Origin: Azolla caroliniana
Lineage: Eukaryota; Plantae; Polypodiophyta
Reading direction: 5' to 3'
DNA length: 64,000 nucleotides
NCBI GenBank assembly: GCA_043228905.1
Contig: JBHGNT010000001.1
Coordinates: forward strand, 4,588,001 to 4,652,000
Every line of letters starts with the position of its first letter. Within the stretch, counting starts at the first letter, position 1. Positions 38,548 to 58,227 of this stretch are shown here, one piece after another. The notes beneath the pieces were generated by a model that saw only the letters and a list, made by a program, of their open reading frames with translations, was not told the origin of the DNA and did not search any database. The position numbers and the translations under genes are program-made.

Positions 38548-40635
38548 ATGTTTTGTTGCACTTCATCATCTCCGCCATTGTCTTCTTCTTTCGTGTCTCC
38601 TAGGCAATGCCTGCTTCATCCCTTGACAGCCTATGAACAGAGAACTCTGCCATCCACTAGCTATGGCCATGATATTGCCTTTGATCTGAATGTCTCAAGA
38701 AGAGACAATCTAAGCATCAGAGCAAGAAGCAGGCGCGTAATCACACCCATCTATGCAAATAGCTTAGGACCCACTTGTGAAGAAGATGAATGGATCCAGA
38801 AGCTTCCCGAGAAGAAGAAACCTCTCTACTCTCACAGCTTGCCCTGCATTGAGGCATGGCTAAAAACCCTTGGTTTCATTCAGACCAAAGAGGATCGTGC
38901 CACCTGGACAATCGAACGGTCAGATTGGCACGCCCGCCTCTCACTTGACGTCACCGATTTGTTCATCAGGTTAGTATGTCAAATCTCTAGATAAATTTAC
39001 TTTTAATCAGTTCGGGTTTGGTTTTAGTTGGTTCGTTTCTCTAAGATATGATTTTGGCTACTTATTTTGTACTAAATTCTCAGCTATTTGTCATGTATTT
39101 ATAATTTATGTTACACTATTTCTATATATGTATGATTACTGTTCTGATGCATATATGGTTTAATGTTACGTCATTGCCTATGTATGTGTGATGTCACTGT
39201 ATGTATGCTTGATGAATGTGATTTGAGAATGTGCCTAGCCCTTCAACATTTTTTCTATTGGTTTGGATTCAGTTTTCATTGATTTGTTATGATAATATGG
39301 CATGCTATTGGTTATTATATGTGGTTAAATTCTACGAATGAGATTACATGCTATGCAATTCCCTATGTATGTATGATTAAGTGCAACTCTGAAAATTTTC
39401 ATACATGAAAGATCTGTAAATCAAAGGAAGAGATATAAAGATATTGAAGACACATCAATAAAGAGAGAAATCAAGTAAGGCTATGCATGAGTGGAGTTGG
39501 AAGAGACTGGTGTCTGCAGCTTTGGTCAATGCAAGCAAGTGATGGAAAAATGATAGAGGCTGCATTGGAGTCATTTATCAGCATGTAGTCCTAGAAATGG
39601 TTAGATGATCTGTATAGAATGCAAGGTTGGAAAAGTGGATACATTATGTTTTACCTCTTCGATAAAATGCAAGGTTAGGAAGTGATACATCAAGCTTTAC
39701 CTCTGCATATCTGACATTCATCAAGTGCACTACCCCATGCCAATTTGACCGTGCTGCCAAAACAGTGCTGGAAATCCAAGTGTGATTGCACAAACATGAA
39801 TGTATAAAGCCTCTGATGTGAGGCACGTCATGGAAAGTACTGTGCCAAGTCAATGCCTTTCTTCCTCCAACAATCTCAAATGTTGTAAACATCTATCAAA
39901 ATTCCATTCCTCCAACAATAGGAACAGGCTGTCTTAGGTGTATGGGGCTGGTGTTGGGTAATGGTTCCGAATCATGTCAAGGTGATTTTAAAGGGGTATG
40001 AGTTTGAAGGTGTACTCTCAAGGTTCACATATTTATGTTGAAAACATTACATAATTAAAATAGCTGAATGAACAATATCTTTTTGACCCTCCACACCACA
40101 GTATCCTTCTTCTCTTTTAGGCTGTTGTTTTAAAACATATTTCAGGCTGCTGTTTTCTTCTCTTTTTAGACAATTCCCTGTATAGCAGCACTTGAAATCA
40201 AATCTCTTGGGTATTCATTCTCTCTTCTTTGTTAGAACTTATCCCAAGAAAAGAAGTTTCCTATCTGTGCACTCCTGTACATACTTATAGTTCTACTTCC
40301 CTAGCTTCATGTACATACCAAAGAAAAGAGTTTCCTTGTCCAGCACTCTTGTACGTACTTGTCACACTACTTCCCTGGAGGTATGTACAATTTACTATTA
40401 TTAATTACGAAACTTGTGCATACCAAACGACACATATATTAATCAATTGAGCGATAGATAGAGATTATTTGTGCTAGCAATTTTTACTGCTCACAACTTG
40501 TTTTTTGTAACATTATATTATTTTTCCAGGTACTTGAAAAGTGGGCCTGGTAATCTCGATAGGGATGTGGAACGGAAATTCAGTTATGCTCTTAGTCGGG
40601 AAGATCTAGAGAATGCTATTCTAGGTGGACCTTGA
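38548..40635 (+). CDS. DUF3143 family protein, likely plastid-targeted; exons 38548-38969 and 40530-40635
   Basis: PLYSHSLPCIEAWL..LGF..W..ERSDWHARLSLDVTDLFIR|YLKSGPGNLDRDVERKFSYALSREDLENAILGGP*. GT-AG intron and transit-peptide-like N-terminus. Confidence 0.9.
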
Positions 40636-41670
40636 CCCTGAAATGTATGACAAAAACATGTGCTTGGATACCAAGGTCAAGACTTGCAAGGAAATTTGTG
40701 TTCCATCAATTCTAAATATAATCACAATACCACATGTCTAGAGTGAATAGACTTCAAGTTTTTCTCACATCTTCTCTATCCCCATAGGTTGTTTGTGGGC
40801 ATTAAAACTTGTATTTGGATGGAAGCTAACATGTACTTCATTCAATTTATTGTACAGAATATTATCTTATAATGTATCGAAACTATTTATTTTATTATAG
40901 GAAAGGTTATCTCGCTCTCTCCTTAAGGAATGCCTTCAATATAAACCAGTCATTTATCGAAACTTGTGATAAAATGAGTTGGTGTAATGTTGTGATGTTA
41001 TGTTTGTGTATATGGAATATTGTATTTATGAGTACCAAAAGTTGTATGTACCTTTGACCATGCCCATACAAATTCTGAAGGGTTTATACATCTTAACAGG
41101 GTTTCTGAGATCTATAATTGCTTTTGTACTCTATAATTGCACAAACTGAAATCTAGGTTTTAAATGATTTTGTATTCGCCGCATTTTCTTGTGTTGTGAG
41201 ATACATGTAGATGTTAAAATTTTCAGGTGTGGTCACAATCTTGACTCCACAAAGACTTCTATTTGCACACAGATCCATGAATGGTATTTCTTCAGATCAA
41301 CTACTATATTGAAACAGTCCTCACGTCATATTGTTCACAATAAGCATGGCAATATATGAAGGAAATATAGATTCAACCTCCAAAATGAATTAATAATTCA
41401 TCCTCTTACAAATATACATCAGGAACCAAATGACTGGTTGCCCCAAAAAATATTATTACCCTAACAAGGAACTGTTACACATCTATAATTGAAAACCTTA
41501 ACATGCACTACACATTGGCTCTAAATCATGTGCTATGATGTGCGCAATGATTGATGAACATATCCTGGTACATCAAATCAAAGGTCGTGTAATAACCATC
41601 ATATACCTGTTACACCCAATCAAATCCTCCAGAGATCTAATTGAAAATTTTGTAGGATTAGCGCGTCATT

Positions 41671-48937
<7,267 letters not shown>

Positions 48938-50270
48938 TGAATGTATGAGGAAGCTTATCTATGGGAGCATGCTTAGCACTTACACACGCACACATTTCTG
49001 TTGGAACTTGGCTTGGTCATTGATTGATGGCTTCAAAGTCTCTGGCTCGGGCTCGCGCTCATCTTAATAATTCCCATGTTCTTCGCTCGGTCGCAATTAT
49101 CATTTCATTATCCCTCCTACTTTATCAGATCGGTTTCTTAGATGATTTTTTGTGTTCCATGACGTAATGTAAGTGCTCAGGATGCGTTTGATTTCTTGCT
49201 CGGATTCGGCTCCCCGCCCAATGTAATGAGTTTACCTCTTTAAAAACAATCACGAGTCGTGTTGATCACCTCAAATTCGCTGCTACTCGGGGCATTTCCC
49301 TCGTGTTGATTGTCGTTCTTGTTTCCCCTAATCAACCTCAGATCTATTGCCAAGCTTATTTCATCGAAAAAAGGTAAGCCTGCTTCGAGGTGAAGCATAA
49401 AGCATAGGAAACATTGGGAGTCATTTACAAAAAAGACGTGATGATAAAAAAGACACATGCATTTAGTCAATTTGTTAAAAGCGAGATTAGGATTACTTTG
49501 GTCGAAAAGTGTGAAATACAATCGAGTTATTCTTTGTGTCTTTGAATGCATGTACGTGTTTGTTATTTTTTAGAAAAATATCCCAAATGAACTCTGGAAA
49601 TAGAGAGGAAGGCAATTCATTGACCATATATATAATTACTAAAAAGAGCACATATATTTATTTAAAGAGAAAGGAAATTGGGCATGGTAGAACATAGAGG
49701 GCATTTGGAGTGCTAATGAGACCAAACATTCAAAAATTCACATATGGAGTTCAAAACACGATCAGTGTGTTTCACGTCATGCAGAATAAAATGCTTGATT
49801 AACAAAAGAAAGAGTGATAGTAGTGAAAGCAACGACGGATGCTAAACAACATGGGAGGGGCATTTGGGGAATTTAAGAAACCTTGAGGGGCATTCATTCG
49901 ACCATATTGCTAAAGAGAGTTTCATTTCTATGTGCACTGCCCCTCTATATTTGGGGGAAATAAAGAAACCCAATCGAGGGGCATGTAGCCGATGTTGTTT
50001 AGAGGGAGTTTATTCTGTACATGCACTACCATGAATGTTCATTGTATACCAATGCAAACTCAAAGTCGAGACTTGAGGGAGAAAAACGATTTATTGTTCA
50101 TTTCCTTAATGGCAATTTTTTTTATTGGGGCTATTGTTGGATAGTAAGAACATGATAAGGATCCAAAACGCCTTTTGAAGATGCTATCGAGATTGCAATT
50201 CGATACATGTATGTATGAGTAAGTCAAAGAAGGATCACAAGCAATAGACATGGATCAATTGAACTAAATA

Positions 50271-50351
50271 AAGCCCATACCTATATCATTCAATCGAGTC
50301 AATGCGAATAAAACCCACCAATGGCGATGATCATCTTCTTTAAGCCCATAC
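50271..50351. promoter_or_regulatory. Two site II elements (AGCCCA, i.e. TGGGCT) upstream of the PPR gene
   Basis: AAGCCCATAC occurs at about 50271 and 50342, 220-300 bp before the ATG. Confidence 0.4.
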
Positions 50352-50529
50352 ATATACATACACATATGAATCTATGATATATCATTCAATTTTCAATGAA
50401 TTCAATGAGAAAATGTGGAAACCACCGAAGGTGATGTTCATCGTAGTCCTCCACAAGAAAAATAGAAGAAAAATGATATACAAAATAGAAAACGTTTTGA
50501 CATTTGACACTTGATTTGTAAAAAACTCG

Positions 50530-50563
50530 CTTCTTCTTCTTCTTCTTCTTCTTCTTCTTCTTC
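50530..50563. repeat. (CTT)n microsatellite just before the PPR start codon
   Basis: Directly visible. Confidence 0.95.
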
Positions 50564-50568
50564 TTTCT

Positions 50569-53085
50569 ATGAAACCCTGTGCCACGGTTTGCAAAACCTC
50601 GCATTTCTCAGCCACGAATCATCATCATCATCATCTTCAAGTTTTTTTACAAGATTGTAAGCAAATAAAAGGCCTAAAAGAAGGAAGAGAACTCCATCTA
50701 AGAGCAATTTTCCATGGATTCAGTCATGTTTCTCTATTGGGAGATCATCTTGTCCGCATGTTTGCGTCATGTGGCTCCTTATATGAAGCCTCGTTGTCAT
50801 TCCATCAAGTTGAAGAAACCTCTATATATACATGGCATGCCTTCGTATCTGCCCATGTCTTGCTTAATGAAGATCACATGGCTTTACATATCTATCAGGA
50901 GATGTTGCTTCATCATTATCATCGAGAAGGAGGAGGAGGAGGAGGAGGAGGAGAAGTTTCTCCTGGTAGAGTTACTTTTCTTTGCATACTGAAAGCGTGT
51001 GGTAATGTTTTGGATGCATTTCAAGGCATGTTGGTTCATCATCAAATAATATACAGTGGGTTTGAATCTGATAAAGCAATCGAAAGCTGCCTTATCGATA
51101 TGTACATGAAATGTCAGAATGTGGACAATGCCTATAATGTACTTACCAGTGCTGAAACGCCGAATGTGGCATCATATAATGCGTTTATGGGTGGTTGTAT
51201 AGAAAATCGACTGTTTTTTCTGGCCATCCAATGCTTCTGGAAAATGCCCACTAAGCCGAATATCATCACATATTGTTCTATTTTGAAAGCATGTAATGAG
51301 ATTCAAGATTTATGCCAAGGGAGATGTGTACACAGTAACATTGTAGATAATGGGTTTGACACAGATTCTAATTTTGCTGGATCACTTGTTCGAATGTATT
51401 CAAATTTTGGGAGGATAGAGGAAGCAATCCATGTATTCCAGCATGCATCCGAGAGGAAAATATGCTTGTGGAATGCATTGATGACTGCATATGTGCATAA
51501 TGATGCTGGAATGTTTGCAATTTCACTATACAAACAAATGCAGAGTGAGTGCATACGGCCTGATAATGTCACGTTCTCAAGCATAACCAAAGCTTGTGGC
51601 ATGGCTAACCAATTGCATATAGGAATGTCTATACATGACCAGATTGTCAAATCAAGACTAGAACAAGATTCAGGAGTGGCCAACATGCTTATATATATGT
51701 ATATGAGATGTGGTATTCTTGATGAAGCTATGAAAGTATTTGATGGACTATCGGATAGAGATGCTGTATCATGGGGTGCCATAATCTCAGGGTACATTCA
51801 ACATGGATGTGGCGCACTTGCTTTGGAAATGTTTGAGAGAATGATACAAGGGAATGGTTTGCACCCGGACAAATCCTTGATTTTATCAGTGTTGAAAACT
51901 TGTGGCATGACAGGAGATTTGGGAAAAGCAAAGTTATTGCATAAGTATATTATTCAAAAAAACTTCGAAATCGATCTCATGATTGGAAGTGCCCTTATGG
52001 ACATGTATGCCAAGTGTGGAACTCTTGAAAATGTTTGTATGGTTTTTGCTGAAATGAAGGAGCCTGATGTCGTGCTTTATAACTCATTAATTGCAGCATA
52101 TATCCAAGAGGGTGATCACTGTTCCGTCATTGAGGGTCTGGCGAATATGTATCTTGCGGGAATCAAACCCGACAAGACTACATTCTCATGTGTACTGAAA
52201 GGTTGTGGGAATAGTGGAGCTATAGAACAAGGCAAATTGCTGCACCATAACCTAGCTTGGAGCCACATATCATCTGATACCATTCTCGGAAACACTCTTA
52301 TTGACATGTATGCAAAGTGTGGGGCACTGGAAGATGCAAGGAATATTCTAGATTCTTTGCCTGACCAAAATGTGGGATCTTGGGGAGCTATGATTGCAGG
52401 ATATGCACAATATGGAAAACATATCCTTGCAAAACAATGCTTTATTGACATGCAAAGTTGTCGAGATATAGAACCTGATGATAAGATGCTCACTAGTATA
52501 CTGTCCTCTTGTGCCCACGCTAACCAGATAGAAGAAGGTCTTGGATATTTTGAGTGCATGGAGACTAGATATGGTTTCAAACCGAGAAATGAGCATTACA
52601 ATTGCATGATTGATCTCTTTGCTAGTGGCGGGCGGTTGAAAGAGGCTGGAAAACTTCTCGAAGAGATGCCATTTGAGCCAGATATAACTGGGTGGATGTC
52701 TTTGCTAGCCGCATGTCGAAGGTATGGGAATATTTCACATGGAAGATGGTGCTTCGATCAGATATTTCGTCGAGATTCCTCTGTCTCGGCTGCATATATC
52801 ATAATGTCAAATATATTTTCTGATGCCAACCTCTTGGATGATTTCAAGAAGATAGAAGAACTTAGGAACAAAGAAGGGACATTGAAGAAGCCTGGAAAGG
52901 CGTGGATTGAGGTCAACAATAAAATGTTTGGGTTTGTAGTTGGAGATAAATGTCATCATGACCAAGTTTATATGAGTGAAAAAATTAAAAGGCTCAAAGG
53001 GCTCAGTATGAAATATCAAGGATACTTGCCACATCTGGATTTATTCTTTGAGCATGCTATTCAAACAGCAGGTATTGAAACGTAA
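50569..53085 (+). CDS. PLS-class PPR protein with E1/E2 and a truncated KP-type DYW domain (no HxE/CxxC), 838 aa
   Basis: PLS repeats, then GWMSLLAACRRYGN..GRWCF..AAYIIMSNI, then KKPGKAWIEV..FVVGD..GYLP, ending before the active site. Confidence 0.93.
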   Translation: MKPCATVCKTSHFSATNHHHHHLQVFLQDCKQIKGLKEGRELHLRAIFHGFSHVSLLGDHLVRMFASCGSLYEASLSFHQVEETSIYTWHAFVSAHVLLNEDHMALHIYQEMLLHHYHREGGGGGGGGEVSPGRVTFLCILKACGNVLDAFQGMLVHHQIIYSGFESDKAIESCLIDMYMKCQNVDNAYNVLTSAETPNVASYNAFMGGCIENRLFFLAIQCFWKMPTKPNIITYCSILKACNEIQDLCQGRCVHSNIVDNGFDTDSNFAGSLVRMYSNFGRIEEAIHVFQHASERKICLWNALMTAYVHNDAGMFAISLYKQMQSECIRPDNVTFSSITKACGMANQLHIGMSIHDQIVKSRLEQDSGVANMLIYMYMRCGILDEAMKVFDGLSDRDAVSWGAIISGYIQHGCGALALEMFERMIQGNGLHPDKSLILSVLKTCGMTGDLGKAKLLHKYIIQKNFEIDLMIGSALMDMYAKCGTLENVCMVFAEMKEPDVVLYNSLIAAYIQEGDHCSVIEGLANMYLAGIKPDKTTFSCVLKGCGNSGAIEQGKLLHHNLAWSHISSDTILGNTLIDMYAKCGALEDARNILDSLPDQNVGSWGAMIAGYAQYGKHILAKQCFIDMQSCRDIEPDDKMLTSILSSCAHANQIEEGLGYFECMETRYGFKPRNEHYNCMIDLFASGGRLKEAGKLLEEMPFEPDITGWMSLLAACRRYGNISHGRWCFDQIFRRDSSVSAAYIIMSNIFSDANLLDDFKKIEELRNKEGTLKKPGKAWIEVNNKMFGFVVGDKCHHDQVYMSEKIKRLKGLSMKYQGYLPHLDLFFEHAIQTAGIET

Positions 53086-54728
53086 AGTTCTTCCAAGGTG
53101 AGCAATAACTATAGTCACATTTGGCCATATCGATCTTCTATGTGTTCTCCAAGACCTGTTGAAAGCATCCTATTTGATAAATGATCCCCTATGTACCATA
53201 TTGTCATGGTGTAAATTGTGTTTGATTCAATTGAAATTTGTCCTCGGTTCCATGTTTTGGATGACGTTAATTATGTTTTATGGAATTGGGGCCTTGCAAT
53301 GGAGATTCCAAATTATTAGAGAGATTGTTCAATCTCTATATGATCATTCATGTATAGAAAACATGAGATGAATATTCAAAGGAGTTACAAATATTTGCTT
53401 TTATTATAAAAGGTGACATGGCAATATGAAAGCATCAAAATACCTATAGATATACATTGTGATCCTACAATGAGTTGCATGATAGTAAATGGTGTTTATA
53501 TGAAGGGAGTATAAAACATTCTAGCAAAATTTACTAATATACTCTATGATTAGGATCACCATTCCTTTTTTATTGAGTTAATTAATACAAAATAACATAA
53601 TAAATGCCCCATAATTATGGTGGTACCAAATTAGCATAAAGAAGGTTGCCATAAGATTTAAAATTTATGTCAATGTGGAGTCTAATGTATAAAAGACCAT
53701 ATGATTCACCTCTCTACTCCATTTGATTGACCTATATATAATATAATCTTGGGTTTTATGTTGTTCAAAAAGTCAAGATACAATTCAAAGGTAGTGGCAA
53801 AAGTGTTGCATTATTCCCAATAAACAATGACAAGTATTGGAGTGGCAAGAAACACTATCAAAAGCTTTTTAGAGTTATACAGATTGGTCAATTTGTTTAA
53901 CCCACACATGATATATTGTGGACCTTTTCTCCCTTTATGTAATTTTAGGTTTCCAAGTTGCAAAATCTTACAAAGTGCATAACTTAAAGCATAAACCTTA
54001 GAAGGTGCTTCGCCACTTTCCCAAATGTTGCATGTGGTCTTCTCTTCTCTAACTACTCTTCTAAATTACTTGAACTAAAAGTTTAGATCATTGCAAACTC
54101 ATTTATCTTCTATAACACCACAAAAATTTGAAAGAATAGTAATGGGAAGTAGGTCAACATATTTGTAGAATAATTGTTGAAGCTATCCACACCCTTGCAA
54201 TCCCATGATTGCATGATCATCTGTATTCTTGTAGTAGATTGCAAAGACAATGGAAGTTTGTATGCAATTGTACATGTGGATAGGGTTCATGTTAGCATCT
54301 ATGATTAAGAATGTATTGGCACTTGTTTGTTCAATGGAGCCCTACATTTGATTAGGGACCAAGGCATCATCATGTCATAAGTTAACATGTCTAGGTGGGT
54401 GCAAGCTATATATTGGATGGTTGGGAAGAGGAAACACACCATATCCCCCCTCTCTAACATGTAAAATAAGAAAGCCCATGTGTACATGGGCATAGAGTGC
54501 ATTGTATTGACAATGGCATTATTTACCTTACAAGCATAATACATCACTCAAATTTATAGTGGGCTTCATAAACGGTGTGGTTGACTTTAAGGTTGTTTAA
54601 TCAAGTTTCACATTAAAGCCTCACCATCTATTCTACAAGTGCATCATGTAAGTTGTGATTTGGGCATCCACGAGCATCTCCAGATTAAAACATTAATGTT
54701 GCAAGCCATGTTATGAGTCTCAAAGCCT

Positions 54729-55536
54729 TGGTTACTTCTCTTATCATCTTGACCAAACCATGAAAGAATGGGACCCATACACTTGATGTGGCATAAACTC
54801 AGATGCATCATATAAACCAATGGCAACAAAAACAAGGTTTCCGAGCATGCTAGAATTATAAATAAGTCAGCAAATACATTATCCTCATCTTGAGAACTTT
54901 GAACCTAGCATGCTACCGAAAGGTCGATAGTCCTACATCAACCCAAACCTTGGTGTCGCATCTAGTCCAAAACCACATACATGATCACTGTGAGCATCTC
55001 CATGGTTACTTCTCTTATCATCTTGACCAAACCATGAAAGAATGGGACCCATACACTTGATGTGGCATAAACTCAGATGCATCATATAAACCAATGGCAA
55101 CAAAAACAAGGTTTCCGAGCATGCTAGAATTATAAATAAGTCAGCAAATACATTATCCTCATCTTGAGAACTTTGAACCTAGCATGCTACCGAAAGGTCG
55201 ATAGTCCTACATCAACCCAAACCTTGGTGTCGCATCTAGTCCAAAACCACATACATGATCACTGTGAGCATCTCCATGGTTACTTCTCTTATCATCTTGA
55301 CCAAACCATGAAAGAATAGGACCCATACACTTGATGTGGCATAAACTCAAATGCATCATATAAACCAATGGCAACAAAAACAAGGTTTCCGAGCATGCTA
55401 GAATTATAAATAAGTCAGCAAATACATTATCCTCATCTTGAGAACTTTGAACCTAGCATGCTACCGAAAGGTCGACAGTCCTACATCAACCCAAACCTTG
55501 GTGTCGCATCTAGTCCAAAACCACATACATGATCAC
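54729..55536. repeat. Near-perfect three-copy tandem repeat, 274-bp period
   Basis: Units start TGGTTACTTCTCTTATC at 54729, 55003 and 55277. Copy 3 has a few substitutions. Confidence 0.97.
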
Positions 55537-55947
55537 CGCATCATTTGTACATAACCCATGTATCTTATAATAGCATCATGACCCATGATCATTGTTGTCA
55601 ATATCGTTACCATTGACAGAGAGGTTCACTACATACAACCCTTGCTTCATCCATCCAACTCGGTTGCTGAAAAACGTATGTTAGTGTTATGTGTCTGTTT
55701 GTCTGTATGTATGTAGGAACATATGTACATGACATTGTGTGTGTGTGTTTATGTATGTATGTATTTATGTATGTATGTATTTCTACACTCTAAACCTCTA
55801 AAACCCTCAATGCCACAAACACACGCAAATACAAGATACATACATAGACTTCTCTCTCTGTATTTCTTTAGTCTGGTCGTCTGTCTCTGTTTCTTGTTCA
55901 CTCCCCTCCACTGAAGCTCACTGAATCTAGAGCAGCGGGAGGGAAAA

Positions 55948-58227
55948 ATGGGCCTTCTCCTCCTCCTCCTCCACACTCCTTTCACATCCCTCCTTCGCTT
56001 TCGCTTTCGCTCCCTCCCCTCCTCTACTGCTCAGGTAAGATCCATATCCTCTCTTGGTCTTTCTTCAAACCCTAGTCCTGGTGGTAGTAGTGAAGCAGGG
56101 AAAGAGTGGGAAACAGAAGCTTATGAGCAACCGAATTCACCTGGTGGATTAGGGTTTCAGGGTGCAGCTTCACCTTCCTCAGGTAGAGGTGCATCTACCG
56201 GATTAGGATTAACGGGGTCAACTTCATCACCATCACCATCACCATCACCATCACCATCCCCTTCGTCGCCGCCTCCACCACCGCAATCACCATCAGGAGC
56301 AGGGTTTCCACAGCAACAGCAGAGAACTACTCTTCGTCCCAGACCCATGTCTGAAATGGAACATGCTTGTCGCCAGATCCTCTCTCGGCGGAATCCCTCA
56401 GAGCCCATAGAAACCACCCTTAGCAAGGCACAATTCCCTCTAACTACACAAAATCTTGCTTTAGTCTTATCTCACCTACGCAGTCCCCGAGATGCCCTCC
56501 GCCTATTCCTATGTTTCATTCGAGAAAACCCTAATTTCGTCCCTGAAAAAGCACTCCTGGATGCTCTTTCGCGTTTCTGGCGACATGAAAAAGATCGTTT
56601 TTCCGTGTTTCTTTCAATTCTTCATGATATGAGAAGTCCCAATGTGTCGATGACCCCTAGAAGGTTAACTTCGCTCATCCGTGGATATGGCTGGGCTGGA
56701 CTGGTAGAAGATGTGCTTCATTTCTTTACCTCGTGTAAAGTTACCTACGGATTCAATCCTGATTTCATCCACTATAGTTGTGCCCTCCATACTTGTGTCC
56801 AAGAGAAGCGTCTCGATATTGCCCTTCAGATCTTTGAGCAAATGAAGAAAGATGGAAAACCGCCCACTTACGATACTTTCCAATCACTTATAACTGGTTT
56901 GTTGGATGCTTATAAGCCACGCGATGCTGCAATGCTTTTCGAACAAATGTTAGCGAGCAATCTCGTGAAACCAAGTGAGCTTCCCTCAAGAGTGGTTAGC
57001 TATGTAACGATAGTGAATGAGCTTTTGTCCTCAGAAGACTTTGAAGGAGTTCACACCTTTGTTATGATGCTGAATGAGAATGGTTTCAATGCTGATTATA
57101 TCACTTGTGCCAACATCCTCAAGGCATTGTCTCGTAAGGGTCAAGTGCAAGCTCTTGATGATGTGTTTGATGAGATGAAGTCCAAAGGTCTATTACCTGA
57201 TGTGGTTAAACTCAAAGAGCTAGTTAATCATCATTGCAAAGGGCTCGTAACTGCTGAGTCTCAAAAACTACTAACTGCATTGATTAGTACAATTGATTCT
57301 ATTGCATACTTCAAGACATCAGAAGGTGAAAAAAGTGTTGAAGGGATGCCTTCTGCTGAATTCACAGAATCTGAGGCCCCTTCATTATCAGGCATGGAGC
57401 TCAACACTGGTCCCGACTTTGTGCTTTTTGATCAAATCATTCGGAGTCTTTGTGTATATGAGAAACCTGAAGATGCCTATCAGCTCATGCTCAAAATGAA
57501 TGAATATGGAGAAAGCCTTTCAGCTACCACTAGTATGATTCTATTTGATGCAGTTTGCTGGGCTAGCAAGTGGGAAGAGGCAGAATTTGCCTTGAGAAAG
57601 ATGATGCAGAAGGGCCATTTGCCTGACCTTAAGGTCTATAATTCTTGGATTCAAGGATCTTGTAAAGCTGATAGGCTTGAGAATGTCACCAATTTCTTGG
57701 ATGAATTCGGACATGGGGATCTAGTTTTGGATGCTCTCTCTTATAATGTGGCCGTTGAGAAGCTATGTATGGCAGGAAAGCTGGACGAGGCTAAGAAGAT
57801 AACTAATGAGACAAAAAGAAACTTAGGAACTCCTGATGTGGTTATCTATAGTAGAATGATTCAAAGCTTTGCAAAAGCAGGGGATTTTGAAGTGCCTCGC
57901 AAACTCTTAGAGGAGATGATTGAGCTTGGAATCACGCCTTTTGCGCTTCCTTTCACACCTCTAGTGCAAAAACTATGCATTTCTGGGAAAATGGATGAGG
58001 CCGTGGCCCTTGTAGATGAAATCGAGGCCAAAGGGTGTAAACCACTCTCCAGTCTTTATACAATTATTGTCAGTGCCTATTGCAAAGCCCAAAGGTTGAA
58101 TGATGCATTTAACTTGACGGATATAATGAAAGCTAAGGGGATCACTCCTGAAACACAAATACACAAAGAATTGTTTGGAAGCTGTATGGGCACCCGAACA
58201 TTGAAGCCGGCAGTCAAAGTTCAATAA
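55948..58227 (+). CDS. P-class PPR protein, 759 aa, likely mitochondrial, intronless
   Basis: Tandem 35-aa P repeats (YNSWIQGSCK, YSRMIQSFAK, YTIIVSAYCK..GITP). Leu/Arg/Ser-rich presequence and a Ser-Pro linker. Confidence 0.92.
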   Translation: MGLLLLLLHTPFTSLLRFRFRSLPSSTAQVRSISSLGLSSNPSPGGSSEAGKEWETEAYEQPNSPGGLGFQGAASPSSGRGASTGLGLTGSTSSPSPSPSPSPSPSSPPPPPQSPSGAGFPQQQQRTTLRPRPMSEMEHACRQILSRRNPSEPIETTLSKAQFPLTTQNLALVLSHLRSPRDALRLFLCFIRENPNFVPEKALLDALSRFWRHEKDRFSVFLSILHDMRSPNVSMTPRRLTSLIRGYGWAGLVEDVLHFFTSCKVTYGFNPDFIHYSCALHTCVQEKRLDIALQIFEQMKKDGKPPTYDTFQSLITGLLDAYKPRDAAMLFEQMLASNLVKPSELPSRVVSYVTIVNELLSSEDFEGVHTFVMMLNENGFNADYITCANILKALSRKGQVQALDDVFDEMKSKGLLPDVVKLKELVNHHCKGLVTAESQKLLTALISTIDSIAYFKTSEGEKSVEGMPSAEFTESEAPSLSGMELNTGPDFVLFDQIIRSLCVYEKPEDAYQLMLKMNEYGESLSATTSMILFDAVCWASKWEEAEFALRKMMQKGHLPDLKVYNSWIQGSCKADRLENVTNFLDEFGHGDLVLDALSYNVAVEKLCMAGKLDEAKKITNETKRNLGTPDVVIYSRMIQSFAKAGDFEVPRKLLEEMIELGITPFALPFTPLVQKLCISGKMDEAVALVDEIEAKGCKPLSSLYTIIVSAYCKAQRLNDAFNLTDIMKAKGITPETQIHKELFGSCMGTRTLKPAVKVQ

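Noticed and set aside
54330-54670. Possible copia RT remnant (DQGIIMS, GIIYLT, SSFTLKPHHL)
   Set aside because: Similarity is too weak and fragmented to call without an HMM search.
54729-55536. CRISPR-like array
   Set aside because: Units are long and identical with no unique spacers, the context is eukaryotic, and there are no cas genes.
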